A stretch of 64,000 bases of DNA, taken from the NCBI RefSeq assembly GCF_009914755.1, contig NC_060934.1, one strand, 5' to 3'. Source of the stretch: the human T2T-CHM13v2.0 reference genome, Homo sapiens. Below the pieces are notes generated by a model. It had not been told where the DNA came from. It was given only the letters and a program-made list of their open reading frames with translations, and did no database searches. Numbering within the stretch: the first letter of the stretch is position 1; every line of letters starts with the position of its first letter. Below, piece by piece: positions 40,401-55,400 of this stretch. The translations under genes were made by a program, and so were the position numbers.

Positions 40401-43400
40401 ACGGAATGGACTCGAATTTTATGGACTCGAATGGAGTGGAATTGAATGGAATGTATTCGAATGAAATGGAATGGAATGGAATGGACCCCCATGGAATGCA
40501 GTTGAATTGAATTGACTCGAAAGGAATGGAATCAAATGGAATGGAATGGAATGGATTCGAATGGAGTGGAATGGACTCGAATGGTATGGAATGGACTTAA
40601 ATGGAATGGAGTGGAAAGGAATCTACTCGAGTGGAAAGGAGTGGAATGGAATCGACTCAAATGAAATGCAATGCAATTGATTGGACTCAAAAGGAATGGA
40701 AAGGAATAGAATGGACTCGAATGGAATAGAATGGAATGGAAAGGAAGGGACGCGAATGGAATGGAATGGAATGGTTTTGAATACAATGCAATGTAATGGA
40801 CTCGAATCTAATGGAATGGAATGGAATTTAATGGAGAAGAATGGACGGGAATGGACTCGAACGGAATGGACTCGAAAGATACGTAAAGTAATGGAATGAA
40901 ATGGACTCGAATTGAATGGAAACTAATGGAATGAAATGTACTCAAATGGAATGGAATGGAATGAAATGGAAGGGAATGCAATGGAATGGAAGGGAATGGA
41001 ATGGAATGGAAGGGAATGGAAAGGAACGGAATGGAATAGAATGGAACAGAGTGAAATGGACTTGAACAGCTTGGAGTGGAAAGAAATGGAAGGGAATGGA
41101 ATGGAAGAGAATGGAATGGAATGAAATGAAATGGAAAGGAATGGAATGGAATGGATTAGAGTGGAATGGATAGGACTACAATGGAATGGAATGGAATGGA
41201 ATGGAATCGAATTGAATGGAGTCAATGGACTCGAACGGAATGGACTCCCATGGAATGGAATGGAATGGAATGCACTAGAGTGGAATGGAATGGCATGGAA
41301 TGGAATGCACTCCAATGGCATGAATTGGGATTGAATCGAATGGAACAGAAAGTAATGGATACGAATAGAATGGAAAGGAATGAAATGGACTCGAATGGAA
41401 TGGAATGGAATTGAATGGATTCGAATCGAATGGAATGAAATGGAATGGAATCAAAAGCAATGGAATGGAATGGACTCGAATTGAATGGAAGGGGATGGAA
41501 TGGAATGGAATGGCATGGAATGGAATGGAAGGGAAGGGAATGGAATGATACAGAATGGAATGGACTCGAAAGGAATGGATTGGATAGGAATGGACTCAAA
41601 AGGAATGCAGTGGGATGGACTCGAATGCAATGGAATGGACTCGAATGGAATGGAATTGAAAGGAAACAACTCTAGTGGAATGGAATGGACTCGAATGGAA
41701 TAGATTGGAATAGAATGAAATGGAATGGAATGGACTCGAATGGAATGCAACGGAATGGACTTGAATGGAATGGAGTGGAGTGAAATGGACACGATTGCAA
41801 TGGAATGGAATGTAAAGGACTCGAATGGAATGGAATGGAGTAGAATGGAGAAGAAGGGAATGGAATGACAGGGAATGGAATGGAATGGAATGGAATGGAC
41901 TCGAAAGTAATGGAATGGAATGGAGTCGAATGGAATGGAATAGACTCGAAAGAAATATAATTTAATTTACTGGAATGGACACTAATTGAATAGAATCTAA
42001 TGGAATGGAATGGAAAGGACTCAAATTGAATGGAATGGAATGGAAAGGACTCAAATTGAATAGAATGGATTGGACTGGAATGGAATGCAATGCAATGGAA
42101 TGGACTCGAAGGCAAAGGAATGCAATGCACTCGAATGGAATGTAATAGAGTGGACATGAATGGAATGGAATGGAATGGAATGAACTTGTATGGAATAGAA
42201 TTGAATTGAATGGATTGGACTCTAATGAAATGGAAAGGAATGGAGTCGAAAGGAATGGAATTGAATCGAATGGAATGGAATCCATTTGAATGGAAAGGCA
42301 TGGAATGGACTCAAGTGCAAAGGAATGGAATGGAATGGAGTCGAATGGAATAGAATGGAATGGAATGGAATCGAATGAAATGGAATGGAATGGAATGGAA
42401 TTGACTCGAATGAAATGGAATGGAAACGAATGGAATGGACTGAAATGAAATGGAAACAAATGGAATACAATGGAAGGGACTTGAACGGAATGGAATGGAA
42501 TGGAAGGGAATGGAATGGACTCGAATGGAATGGAGTGGAATGGACACGAATGGAATGGAAAGGACTCTAATGGAATGGAATGGAATGTACCCAAATAGAA
42601 TGGAATGAAATGGAATGTACAGGAATGGAATGGAATGGAATGGAAAGGAATGGACTGGAATGGACTCGAAGGCAATGTAAAGGAATGGATTCAAATGGAA
42701 TGGCATAGACACCAAAGAAACGAATGAAATTAAATTGAATGGATTCTAATTGAATTGAATCAAATGGAGTGAAATGGAAAGGACTCGAATTGAATAGAAG
42801 GGAATGGATTCGAATGGAATGGAATGCAATGGAATGGACTCAAATGCAATTGAATGGATTGGACTCGAATGGAATGGAATAGAATGGACATGAATGGAAT
42901 GGAATGGATAGGAATGGCATGGAATGGAATGGAATGGAGTGGACTAGTATGGAATAGAATAGAATTGAATGAAATAGAATCGAATGAAAGGGAATGGAAT
43001 GGATTCGACTCGAGTGGAATGGAATGGAATGGAATGGAGTGGACTCGAATGAAATGGAATGCAATGGAATGGACTCGAATGGAATGGTCTCGAATGGAAT
43101 GGAATGGAATGGAATACAATTGAATGCACTGGCATGGAATGGACTCGAGTGCAAAGCAATGGAGTGGAATGAACTCGAATGGAATAGAATGGAATGGAAT
43201 GGACTCGAATGAAAAGGAATGGAATGGAATTGACTAGAATGGAAAGGAATGGACACGAATTGAATGGGATGGAATGGAATGTACTCGAATGGAATAGAAT
43301 GGAAGGGAATTGAATGGAATATAATGCAATGGAATGGACCCGAATGGAATGGCATGGAATGGAATCGAATGAAATGGAATGGACTGGACTGGAATGGAAT

Positions 43401-46400
43401 GGAATGGAATGGAATAGAATGGACTCAAATGGAATGGAATGGAATGGACTCAAATGGAATGGAATGAAATGGACTCAAAAGGCATGGAATTGAATAAAAT
43501 GGAGTCGAGAGGAATGGAATGGAATTTAATGGATTGGACACTAATGGAATGGATTGGGATGGATTCGAATGGAATAGAATGGAATGGACTTGAATTGAAT
43601 GGAATGGAATTCAATCATCTCGAAAGTAATGGAATGGAAAGGACTTGAATGGAAAGGAATGGAATGGAATGGACGCGAATGGAATGGAATGGAATGGAAA
43701 CTACTCGAGTGGAATGGACTGGAGTCGAATGTTATGGAATGGAATGGAATGGACTCGAATGGTTTGGAATGGAGTATAGCCGAATGTGATGGAATGGAAT
43801 GGGAAGGAATGGACTCGAATGGAATGGAACGGAATGGAATGGAATGGACCTGAATAGAATGGAATGGATTGGACTCCAGTGGCATGGAATGGAATGGAAT
43901 GGACTCGAGTGGAATGGAATGGAATTTAAAGAAATGGACTCTAATGGAATGAATTGAAATGGACTCGAATGTAATAGAAAGGAATGGAATTGAATTGAAT
44001 GGAATGGAATTCAATGGTCTTGAAAGTAATGTAATGGAATGGAAAGGACTCGAATGGAATGGAATGGAATGGAATGGACAAGAATGGAATTGAAAGGAAT
44101 GAAAATGACTCAAGTGGAATGGAATGGAGTCGAATGGTATGGAATGGAAGGGAATGGACTCGAATGGACTGGAACGGAATGTACACGAATGGGATTGAAT
44201 AGAATGAAAATGAATGGACTCGAATGGAATGGAACGGAATGGAATGGATCCGAATGGAATGGAATGGAATGCACTCAAATGGCATGGAATGCAATGGACA
44301 CGAATGGAATGGAATGGAATGGAAAGGACTCAAATGTAGTGGAATGGAAAGAATTGGACTCAAATGGAATGGAATGGAATGGACCTGGATGGAATGGAAT
44401 GGAAAGGAATGGGATGGAATGGAATGTAATGGAAAGGATTTGAATGGAATAGCATGGAATGGAATGGATTGGACTCTAAAGGAATGGAATGGAATGGACT
44501 TGAATGGAATGGAATGGAATGGAAAGGAATGGGATGGAATGGTATGTAATGGAAAGGACTTGAATGGAATAGAATGGAATGGCATGGATTGGACTCTAAA
44601 GGAATGGAATAGAATGGACTTGAATGGAATGGAATACACAGGAATGGAATGGAATGGAAGGGACACCAATGGAATTGAATGCAATGGAATGGAACAGACT
44701 TCAACGGAATAGAATGGAATTTAATGGAATGGACGTTAATGGAAAGGAATGAATTGTTCTTGAATGGAATGCAGTGAAATGGACTCGAATGGAATGGAAT
44801 GAAATGGAATAGAATGCACCTGATTGGAATGGAATGGAATGGAATGGAATGGAATGGAATGGAATTGACCGGAATGGGATCTTATGGAATGGAATGGAAT
44901 GGATTGGAATTTAATGGAATGGAAAGGAATTGAATGCAGTTGAATGGAATAGAATAGAATGGAATGGAAAGGACTCGAAGGCCTTGGAAAGGAATGGAAT
45001 AGAATGGAATGGAATGGACTTGAATGGAATGGAATGGAATTTAATGGAATGAAATCTAATTGAATGGAATCTAATGGAATCGAAAGGAATGCACTCGAAT
45101 GGAAGAGAATGGAATGGACATGAATGGAATGGAATGCAAATGAACGGACTCGAATCGAATGGATTGGAAAAGACTCGAATGGAATGGAATAGATTTTAGT
45201 TGTCTCAAAAGGAATGGAATGGAAAGGAATGGAATGGAATTGAATAGATTTTAGTTGTCTCAAAAGAATGGAATGGAAAGTAATGGAATGGAATGGAATG
45301 GAACGGAATGGAATGGAACAGAATGGAATTGACTCGAATGAAATTGAAAAGAATGGACCCAAATGGAATGGAATGGATTGGAATGGACTCGAGTGGAATG
45401 GAATGGATTGGAATGGACTCGAATGGAATGGATTTCAATGGAATGCACTCGAATGTAATGGAATGGAATGGACTCGAATGGAATGCAGGGGAATGGCCTC
45501 GGATTGAATGGAATGGAATGCCTTCGAATGGAATAGAATGGAATGGATTTGAAAGGAATGGAATGGAAGAAAGTGGACTCAAACGGAATGGAGTGTAATG
45601 GAATTGAGTGGATAGGAATGGAAATGAATGGACGCAAAAGGAATGAAATGTTATGGAAGGGAATGGATTCGAATACAATGGAATGTAAGGGAATGAAATA
45701 GACACGAAAGGAATGGAATGGATTGGAATAGACTCAAATGAAATAGAATGGAAAGGAATGAATTCGAATGGAATGGAGTAGAAAGAAATCGCATGGAATG
45801 GAATGTAATTGAATGGACTCAATATGACAGGAATGTAATGGAATGGACTAGAGTTGAATGGAATGCAATATAATGGAATGAAATTGACGTGAATGTAATG
45901 GAATGGAATAGAATGGCCTCGAACGGAATGGAATGGACTGGACTCCAATGGAATGGAATTGCATTTAATGGACTCGAAAGAATGGAATGGAGTGGAATGG
46001 AAAGGACTCAAATGGAATGGAATGGACTCGAATGGAATGGAATGGACATGAATGGAATGGAAAGGAGTCGAGTAGAGTGGAATATAATGTAATGGAGTGG
46101 ATTCGAATGGAATGGAATTAAATGGAATGGACTCAAATGGAATGGAATGGACTGGATCCAAAGACATGGAATGGACTGGACTGGACTGGACTGGAATGGA
46201 ATGGACTCTAATGGAAAAAATGCAATGGAACGGAATGGACTCGAATGGATGGAATGAAATGGAATGGAGTGGAAATGAATGGAAAGGAATGGAATGAAAT
46301 GGACTCGAAAGGAATGGAATGGAATGGAATACAATGGAATGGAATGGAATGGAATGGACTGTACAGGAATGAAATGGAATGGAATGGAATGGATTCGAAT

Positions 46401-49400
46401 GGAATGGAGTGGAATGGACACAAATTGAACCGAGTTGAATTGAATGCACTCGAATCAAACGATTGAAATAGAATGGAATGGAATCGAATGGAATGCAAAG
46501 TACTGGAATGGAATGGAGTCAAATGGAATGAAAAGTACTGGAATGAAATGGATTCGAATGGAATGGAATGGAAGGAAATGGACTCGAAAGGAATGGAATG
46601 GAATGGAATGGACTCGAATGGGATGGAATGGAATGGACTCGAATGGAATGGAATGGACAAGAAAGGAATGGAATGGAATGGAAACGACTCGAGTGGAGTG
46701 TAATGGAAGAGAATGGACCCGAATGGAATGGAATCGAATAGAATGGACGTGAATGGGATGGAATTGAATGGACCAGAATTGAATGGAATGGAATGAAACC
46801 GAATTTACTCGAATGGAATGGAATGGAATGGAATGCACATGAGTGGAGTGGAATGGAATGGAATGGAGTAGATTGGAATAGAATGGAATAGACTGGAGTG
46901 GAATGGAATGGAAGAGAATAGAATGGACATGAATGGAATAGAATGGAATGGAATGGAATGGACTCTAAAGGATTGTAATGGAATGGAATCGAATGGAATG
47001 GAATAGAATGGAACGGAATGGAATGAAATAGACTCGAAAGGAATGGAATGGAATCGAATGGACTCGAAAGGAATGGAATGGAAAAAAACGGAATGGAATG
47101 CAATGGAATGGACTCGAATGGATTGGAATGGAATGGAGGAGAATTAAATGGAATTGGCTGGAATTGAATGGAATGGACTGGAAACGACTCTTTAGCATTG
47201 GAAAGGAAAGGAATGGAATCGAATGGAATAGAATGGAATGGAATTAACTCACATCCAATGGACCCAAATGGAATGGAATGGAATGGACTGCAATGGAATG
47301 GAGTGGAATGGAATGGAATGGAATGGAAGGGAATGGCCTCAAATGGAATGGGATATAATGGATTGGAATCTAATGGAATGGAACAGAATGGAATGGACTC
47401 GAATGGAATACAATGGAATTGACTCGAATGGAATTGAATGGAATGGACCCGAATGGAATGGAAGGGAATGAAATGGACTGGAATGGAATGGAACGGAGTG
47501 GAATCTAATGACTTGAATGAAATGGAACGGAATGGAATGGATTCGAATAGAATGTAATGGAATGGTCTCGAATGGAATGAAATTGAAAGGAATAGACTCG
47601 AATGGAAAAGAATGGAATGGACTCGAATGGAATGAGTTGGAATGGAATGGAATAGAATGGAATCAAATGGAATAGAATCGAATGGAATGGACTGGACTCA
47701 AATGGAATGGGTTGGAGTGGAATGGGTTCGAATGGAATGGACTCAAATGGAATAGAATGGAATGGAATGGACTCCAATGTAATGGATTGGAATGGAATCC
47801 AATGAAATGAAATGCATTCGAATGGAATGAAATAGAAAGGAATGGACTCGAATGGAATAGAATGGAATGGAATGGAATGGGCATGAATGAAATGGAATGG
47901 AATGGACTCAAATGGTTTCGAATGGAATGACACCGAATGGAAAGGAATGGACTCGAATGGAATAGAATGCAATGGAATGGAATGGACTCAAATGGAATGG
48001 ACTCAAATGGAATCGAATGGAATGGCATCGAATAGAATGGAGAAAACGGAATGGACCCGAATGGAATGCAGTGGACTAGAAAGGACTGGAATGGAATGGA
48101 ATGGAATGGAATGGAATGGAATGGACTCGAATGGAAATAATGCAATGGAAAGGAATAGACTCGAAAGGAATGGAAAGGAGTGGACAAGAATGGAAAGATA
48201 TGGAATGGAATGGAATTGAATGCAATGGAATGGACTCGAATGGAATGGAATAGAATGGAATGGAATGCAAAGGAATGGAATGTACTGGACAGGACTGGAG
48301 TGGAATGGAAGGGAATGGACTCAAATGGAATGGAATGGCATCAAATGGAATGGAGAAAATGGAATGGACTCGAATGGAGTGGAATGGAATGGAATGGACC
48401 CGATTGGAATGGAATGAAATGGACCCGAATGGAATGGAATGGAATTGCGTGGAATGGAATGGACTTGAATGTAACGGAATGGACTCGAATGGAATTGAAT
48501 GGAATGGACTCAAAAGGAATGGAGTGGAAAGGAGTGGACTCGAATAGAATGGAGTGAATTGGACTCGAATGCAAAAGAATGGAATTGAATGGACTCGAAT
48601 GGAATGGAATGTAAGAGAAAAGAATGGACTCGAATGGAATGGAATGGAATGGAATGAAATAGACTCGAATGGAATGGAATGGAAAGGAAAGGAATCAAAT
48701 GGAATGGAATTGAAAAATGAAATGTAATGGAAAGGAATGGTATGTTTTCGAAAGGAATGCAATTGAATTGAATGCAATGGAATGGCCTCGAATGGAATGG
48801 AATGGACTCGAATGGAAAGGAATAGAAGGGAATCGACTCGAGTAGAATGGAATGGAATGGAGTGGACTCGAATGGAATGGAATGGAATGGAATGGAATGG
48901 AATGGAATGGAATAGACCCGAATGGAATGGAATGGAATGGAATAGACCCGAATGGAATGGAATGGAATGTTCCTGGATGGGATAGAATGGAATGGAATGG
49001 ACTCGAATGATATGGAATGGAATGGACTCGAGTGGCATGGAATGGAATGCAATGGACTCGAATGGAATGGAATGGAATGGAAGGAACTCGAATGGAATGG
49101 AATGGAATCTAATTTACTGAAATGGAATGGACTGCACTCGAAAGTAATGGAGTGCAATGGAATGGAATGGACCCGAATGGAATGGGATGGAATGGAATGG
49201 ACTGGAATGGAATGGATTGGAATGGAATGGACTTGAATGGAAAATAATGGAAATTAATCCAATGGATTCCAAAGAAATGGAATGGAATGGACACGAATGG
49301 AATGGAATTGTCTCTTAAGGAATGGAATGTAATTTAATTTTACAAACACTAATGGAATGGAATCTAATGGAACGGAATGGAAAGGATTCAAATGGAATAG

Positions 49401-52400
49401 AATGGAATGTACTCGAATGGAGTGGAATGCAAACTAATGGACTCAAATGTAATGGAATGGAATGGACTCGAATGGAATGGAAAGGAATGGTCTCGAAAGA
49501 ATGGAAAGGAATGCAGTGGAATGGACTCCAAAGGAATGGAATGGAATTGACTCGAATGGAATTGAATGGAATGGACCAGAATGGAATGGATTGGAACGTA
49601 CTTGAAAGGAATGGAATGATATGGAAACGAGTGGAATGGAATTGAATGGAATGGAGTGGAATGTAAAGGAAGTGAATGGAACGGAATGGAATGGAATGCA
49701 GTGGACTCTAATGGAATGGAATGGATTGGAATGGAATGACTCAAGTGGAATGGAATTGAAAGGAATGGACTCGAATGGAATGTAATGGACAAGCATGGAA
49801 TGGAATTGAATGGAATGGAATGGATTCGAATAAAATGGAATGGAGGGGAATGGACTCGAATGGATTGGAATTGAATGGAGTGGAATGGAATAGAATGAAA
49901 TGGAATGGAAAGGAATGGACTCGAATGGAAAAGAATGTACTCGATTGGAATTGAATGGAATGGAACGGATGCAAATGCAATGGAATGCAATGGACTTGAG
50001 TGGAATGGATTGGAATGGAACGCACTCGAATGGAGTTGATTGGAATGGAATGGACTCGAATGGAATGGAAAGGACTCGAATGGAATAGAATGGAATGGAC
50101 TCGAATGGAATGGAATGGAAATGACTCGAATGGAATAGAATTTAGTGGAAAGGAATGGATTCGAATTAATAGAATTTAATGAACTTGAATGGAATGGACT
50201 CAAATGGAATGGAATTGACTCTAATGGAATGCAGTGGAATGGACTCGAATGCAATGGAATGAAATTGAATGGACTCAAATTGAAGGGAGGGTAATCGAAA
50301 GGAATGGACTCGAATGGAATGGAATGAAATGGACTCGAATGGTCTGGAATGGAATGGCATCGAATGGAATGGATTGGAATGGAATGGAATGGAATCAAAA
50401 AGAATGGAATGGAATGGAATGGAATGGACAAGAATGGAATGGAATGGAACGGATTCTAATGGAATGAAATGGACTCGAATGGAATGGAATGGAATCAACT
50501 CAAGTGGAATGGAATGGAAAGGAATCAAATGGAGTCAAACGTAATGGAATGGAATGGAATTCCCTCGAATGGAATAGAATAGAATGGACTCAAATGGAGT
50601 GGAATGGAAGGGAGTGGACTTGAATGTAATGGAGTGTAATGGACTTGAATGTAATGGAATGGAATTGAAGGGACTCAAAAGGAATGAAATGTTATGGAAG
50701 GCAATGGATTCGAATGCAATGGAATGTAAGGGAATGAAATAGACACGAAAGGAATGGAATGGAATGGAATCGACTCGAATGCAACAGAATAGAAAAGAAT
50801 GAACGCGAATAGAATGGAGTAGAAAGGAATCATATGGAATGGAATGGAATGGAATGGACTCAACAGGAAAGGAATGTAATGGAATGGACTAGATTTGAAT
50901 GGAATGCAATATAATGGAATGAAATTGACTCGAATGGAATGGAATGGAATAGAATGGCCTCGAATGGAATGGAATGGAATGGACTCGAATGGAATGGAAC
51001 TGCATTTAATGGACTCGAAAAGAATGGAATGGAGTGGAATGGAAAGGACTCGAATGGAATGGATTGGACATGAATGGAAATAAAAGGAATCGACTGGAAT
51101 GGAATGTAATGTAATAGAGTGGATGCGAATGGAATGGAGTTGAATGGAATGGACTCGAATGGAATGGAATGGATTGGACCCAAAGAAATGGAATGGACTG
51201 GAATGGACTGGACTGGAATTGAATGGAATGGAACGGAAAGGACTCTAATGGAAAAAATATAATGGAATCGAATGAACACGAATGGATGGAATGGAATGGA
51301 AAGGAGTGGAAATGAACGGAAAGGAATGGAATGGAATGGACTCTAATTGAATGGAATGGTATGGAATGGAATGGAATGGAATGGACAGGAATGGAATGGA
51401 ATGGAATGAAATGGAATGGAAGGGAATGGATTCGAATCGAAAGCAATAAAATGGAATGTACACGAATGGAATGGAAAGAAACGGACTCAAAAGCAATAGA
51501 ATGGAATGGCCTCGAATGGAATGGAAAGAAATGGAATGGAATGGAAAGGAATGGAGTGGAATGGAATGGAATGGACTTGAAAGGAACGGAATGGACTGGA
51601 ATGTAGTGTAATGGACTCGAATGGAATGGAATAGAAGCGAATCAACTCGATTTGAATGGAATGGAATGGAATGGCCCCAGATGGAATGGAATGGAAAGGA
51701 ATGGAATGCATTTGAATGGAACAGAATGGACTCAAATGGAATTAAATGGAATGGACTCGCATGGAATGGACTGGACTCGAATGGATTGGAATGGAATGGA
51801 CTCGAGTGGAATGGAATGGAATCGAATAGACTCCAGGGGAATGGAGTGGAATGGAATGGAATGGAATGGAATCGAATGGGATGCAAAGGAATGGAATGGA
51901 CTTGACTGGAACGGAAAGGAAAGGAAAGGAGTCGAACATAATGGAATGGAATGGTCTCGAATGGAATGGAATTGACTCAAATGGAATGGAATGGAATATA
52001 CTCAAATACAATGGAATGAACTCAAATGTAATGTAATGGAATGGACTTGAATGGAAAAAGTGGAATTGAATGGAATGGACTCGAATGTAATGGAATTGAA
52101 TGCACTCAAATGGAATAGAATGGAATGGACTCGAATGGAATGGAAGGCAATTTAACGGAATCATATGGAATGGAATGGTATGGATTCGAATGGATTGGAA
52201 TGGAATGGAAAGGACTCGAATGGATTGGAATTGAATTGAATGGACTCGAAAGGAATGGAAGGAAATACGATGGAATAGACTCGAATGGAATGGAATGGAA
52301 TGGAATGCAGTCGAATGGAATGGAATGGAATCGAAGGGAATAGGGTGGAATGGAATGATCGCGAATTGAAAGGAATGGAATGGTATGGACTCGAATGGAA

Positions 52401-55400
52401 TGGAATGGAAAGGACTCGAATGGAATGGAATGAAATGGAATGGAATTGAATAGACTCGAATGGATTTGAATGGAACAGAAAGGACTCGAATGGAATGGAA
52501 TTTTTTGAAAAGGAGTTGAATGGAATGGAATATAATGGAAGGATCTAGAGTAAAATGAATTGGACAGGAATGGATTTGAATGGAATGAAATGGAATTGAA
52601 TGAACACTAATGGAATAGAATGTAATGGAATGTAATAGACTCGAATGGAATGGAATGTAATGCAAAGGAATGGACTCGAAGGGAATAGAATGGAAAAGAC
52701 CCGAATGGAATTGAATGGAATCTAATGGAATAAAATGGAATGGAATGGACTCGAATGGAATGGAATGGAGACAAACGGAATGGAATGGAAGTGAAATTAA
52801 TGGACTCGAATGGAAGGAAATGGAATGGATTGAACTCTAATGGAATGGAAGATAATGGAATGGAATGGACCCGAATGTAATGGAATATAATGGAAAAAAA
52901 TGGACTCGAATGGAATGGAATGGAATGGACTCGAATGGAATGGAATTTACTCGAATGGAATTGAATGGAATGGAATGGACTCAAATGAAATGGAATGGAA
53001 TGGACTCGAATGGAATGAAATGGAATGGACTCGAATGGAATGGAATGGATTTGACTCGAATGGAATTGAATGGAATGCACCCGAATGGAATGTAATGGAA
53101 TGGAATGAACTCGAATGAAATGTAGTGGAATTGAATGGACACAATTTGAATGGAATAGACTCGAATGGAACGGAATGGAATGGATTCAAAAGGAATAGCA
53201 TGGATTGGAATGGATTCGAATGGAGTCTAAAAGAGTGGACTCAAATGGAATGGAATGGACTCGAACGGAATGGAATGGAATGTAGTCGAAATGAATAGAA
53301 TGGAATGGAATGGAATGGACTCGAATGCAATCAAATGCAATGGAGTCGAATCAAATGGAGTGGAATGGAATGGACTTGAATGGAATGGAGTGGAATGGAT
53401 TCGAATGGAATGCAATGGAATTGAATGGACTCGAAGGAATGTAGCCGATAGGAATGGATTCGAATGGAATGGAATGTAATGGAATGAAATGGACACGAAT
53501 TGAATGGAATGGAATGGTATGAAACGGAATGGAATGGAAGGCAATGGATTCGAATGGACTCGAATGGAATGCAATTGAATTGAATGGACTCGAAAGGAAT
53601 GAAAGGAATGCAATGCAGTGGACACGACAGGAATGGAATGGAATGGACTCGAATGGAATGGAATACTGTTGAATGGAATGGATTGGAGTGGAATCAACTC
53701 AAGTGTAATGGAACATGGAATGGAATGGAATGGACAAGAGTGGAATGTAATGGAAAGGACTCTAATGGAATGGAACGAAATGGAATGCAATGGGCTCCAG
53801 TGGAATGGAATGGACTCAAATCGAATGGAATTCAATGGACTAGAATGGAATGGAAAAAACTCGAATGGAATGGAATGGACCCGAAGAAATGGAAGGGACT
53901 GGAATGGAATGCAATGGAATGGAATGGAATGGAATGGACGAGAATGGAATGGAATGGATTTGAATGGATTAGAATGGAAAAGAATGGACTGAAATGGAAT
54001 GGAATTGAATGGAACCTAATGGAATGGAATTGCCTCTAATGGAATGGAATGGAATTTAACGGAATGGATACTAACGAAATCTAGTAAAATGGAATGGAAC
54101 AGAATGGACTCAAAATGAATAGAATGGAATATACTCGAATGGAATGGAATGCAATGGAATGGACTCGAATGGAATAGAATGGAATGGAATGAAATGGAAT
54201 GGTGTGGAATGGACCTGAATAGAATGGAAAGTAATGACTCATATGGAATTGAATGGAATGGAATGGAATGAAAGTGAATGGAATGGAATGGAATTCAATG
54301 GACTCAAATGGAATGGAATGGAATGGAACGGAATTGAATAGACTCGAATGGAATTGAGTGGAATGCAATCGACTCGAAAGGAATGGAATGGAAGGAACTC
54401 GAATAAAATGGAATGCAATGGAATGGACTTGAATGGAATGGAATGGTATGGAATGAACACTAATGGAATGGAATAAAATGGAATTGAATTGACTCGAATG
54501 GAATGCAATGTAAAGGAAAGGAATGGACTTGAATAGAATGGAAAGGAATGGACTCGAATGGAAGAGAATGGAATCAAATGGACTCGAATGGAATGGAATG
54601 GACTCGAATGGAATGGAATGGACTCGAATGGAATAGAATGGAATGGAATTTAATGGACTCGAATGGAGTGGAATGGAATGAATTGTACTCTAATGGAATG
54701 GAAGGTAATGGAATGGAATGGACTCGAATGGAATGGAATGCAATGGAAAGGAATGGACTCAAATGGAATGGACCCGAATGGAATGGAATGGAATTTAATA
54801 GAATGTATTCTAATGGAATCTAGTCCAATGGAATGGATTGGAATGGAATAGAATGGAATGTACTCGAATGGAATGGAATGGAATGAAATTGACTGCAATG
54901 GAATTGAAGTGTATGGACCCGAATGGAATGGAGTGGAATGGAATTTCCTCGAATAATATGGAATGGAAAGGTAGAGACTCAAATGGAATGGAATTGAATG
55001 GAATGGACTCGAATGGAATGGAATGGAATGCACTCGAATGGAATGGAATGGAATGGACTCAAATGGAATAGAATGGAAGTGAATGGACTCAAATGGAATA
55101 GAATGGAAGTGAATGGACTCGAATGTAATGGAATGGAGTGGACTCAAGTGGAATGTATTGGACTCGAATGTAATGCATTTGAATGCAATGGAATTGAATG
55201 GAATATAATGGAATGGACTGGACTGGAATGGAATGGAAATGAATGGACTCGAAAGGAATAGAATGCAATGGACTCGAATGGAATGGAGTGAAATGGAATG
55301 GACTCAAATATAATGGAGTGGCATGGACTCGAGTGGAATGGAATGGAATTGAAAGGACTCGAAAGGAATGGAAAGGAATGGACTCGAGTGGATTGGAATG

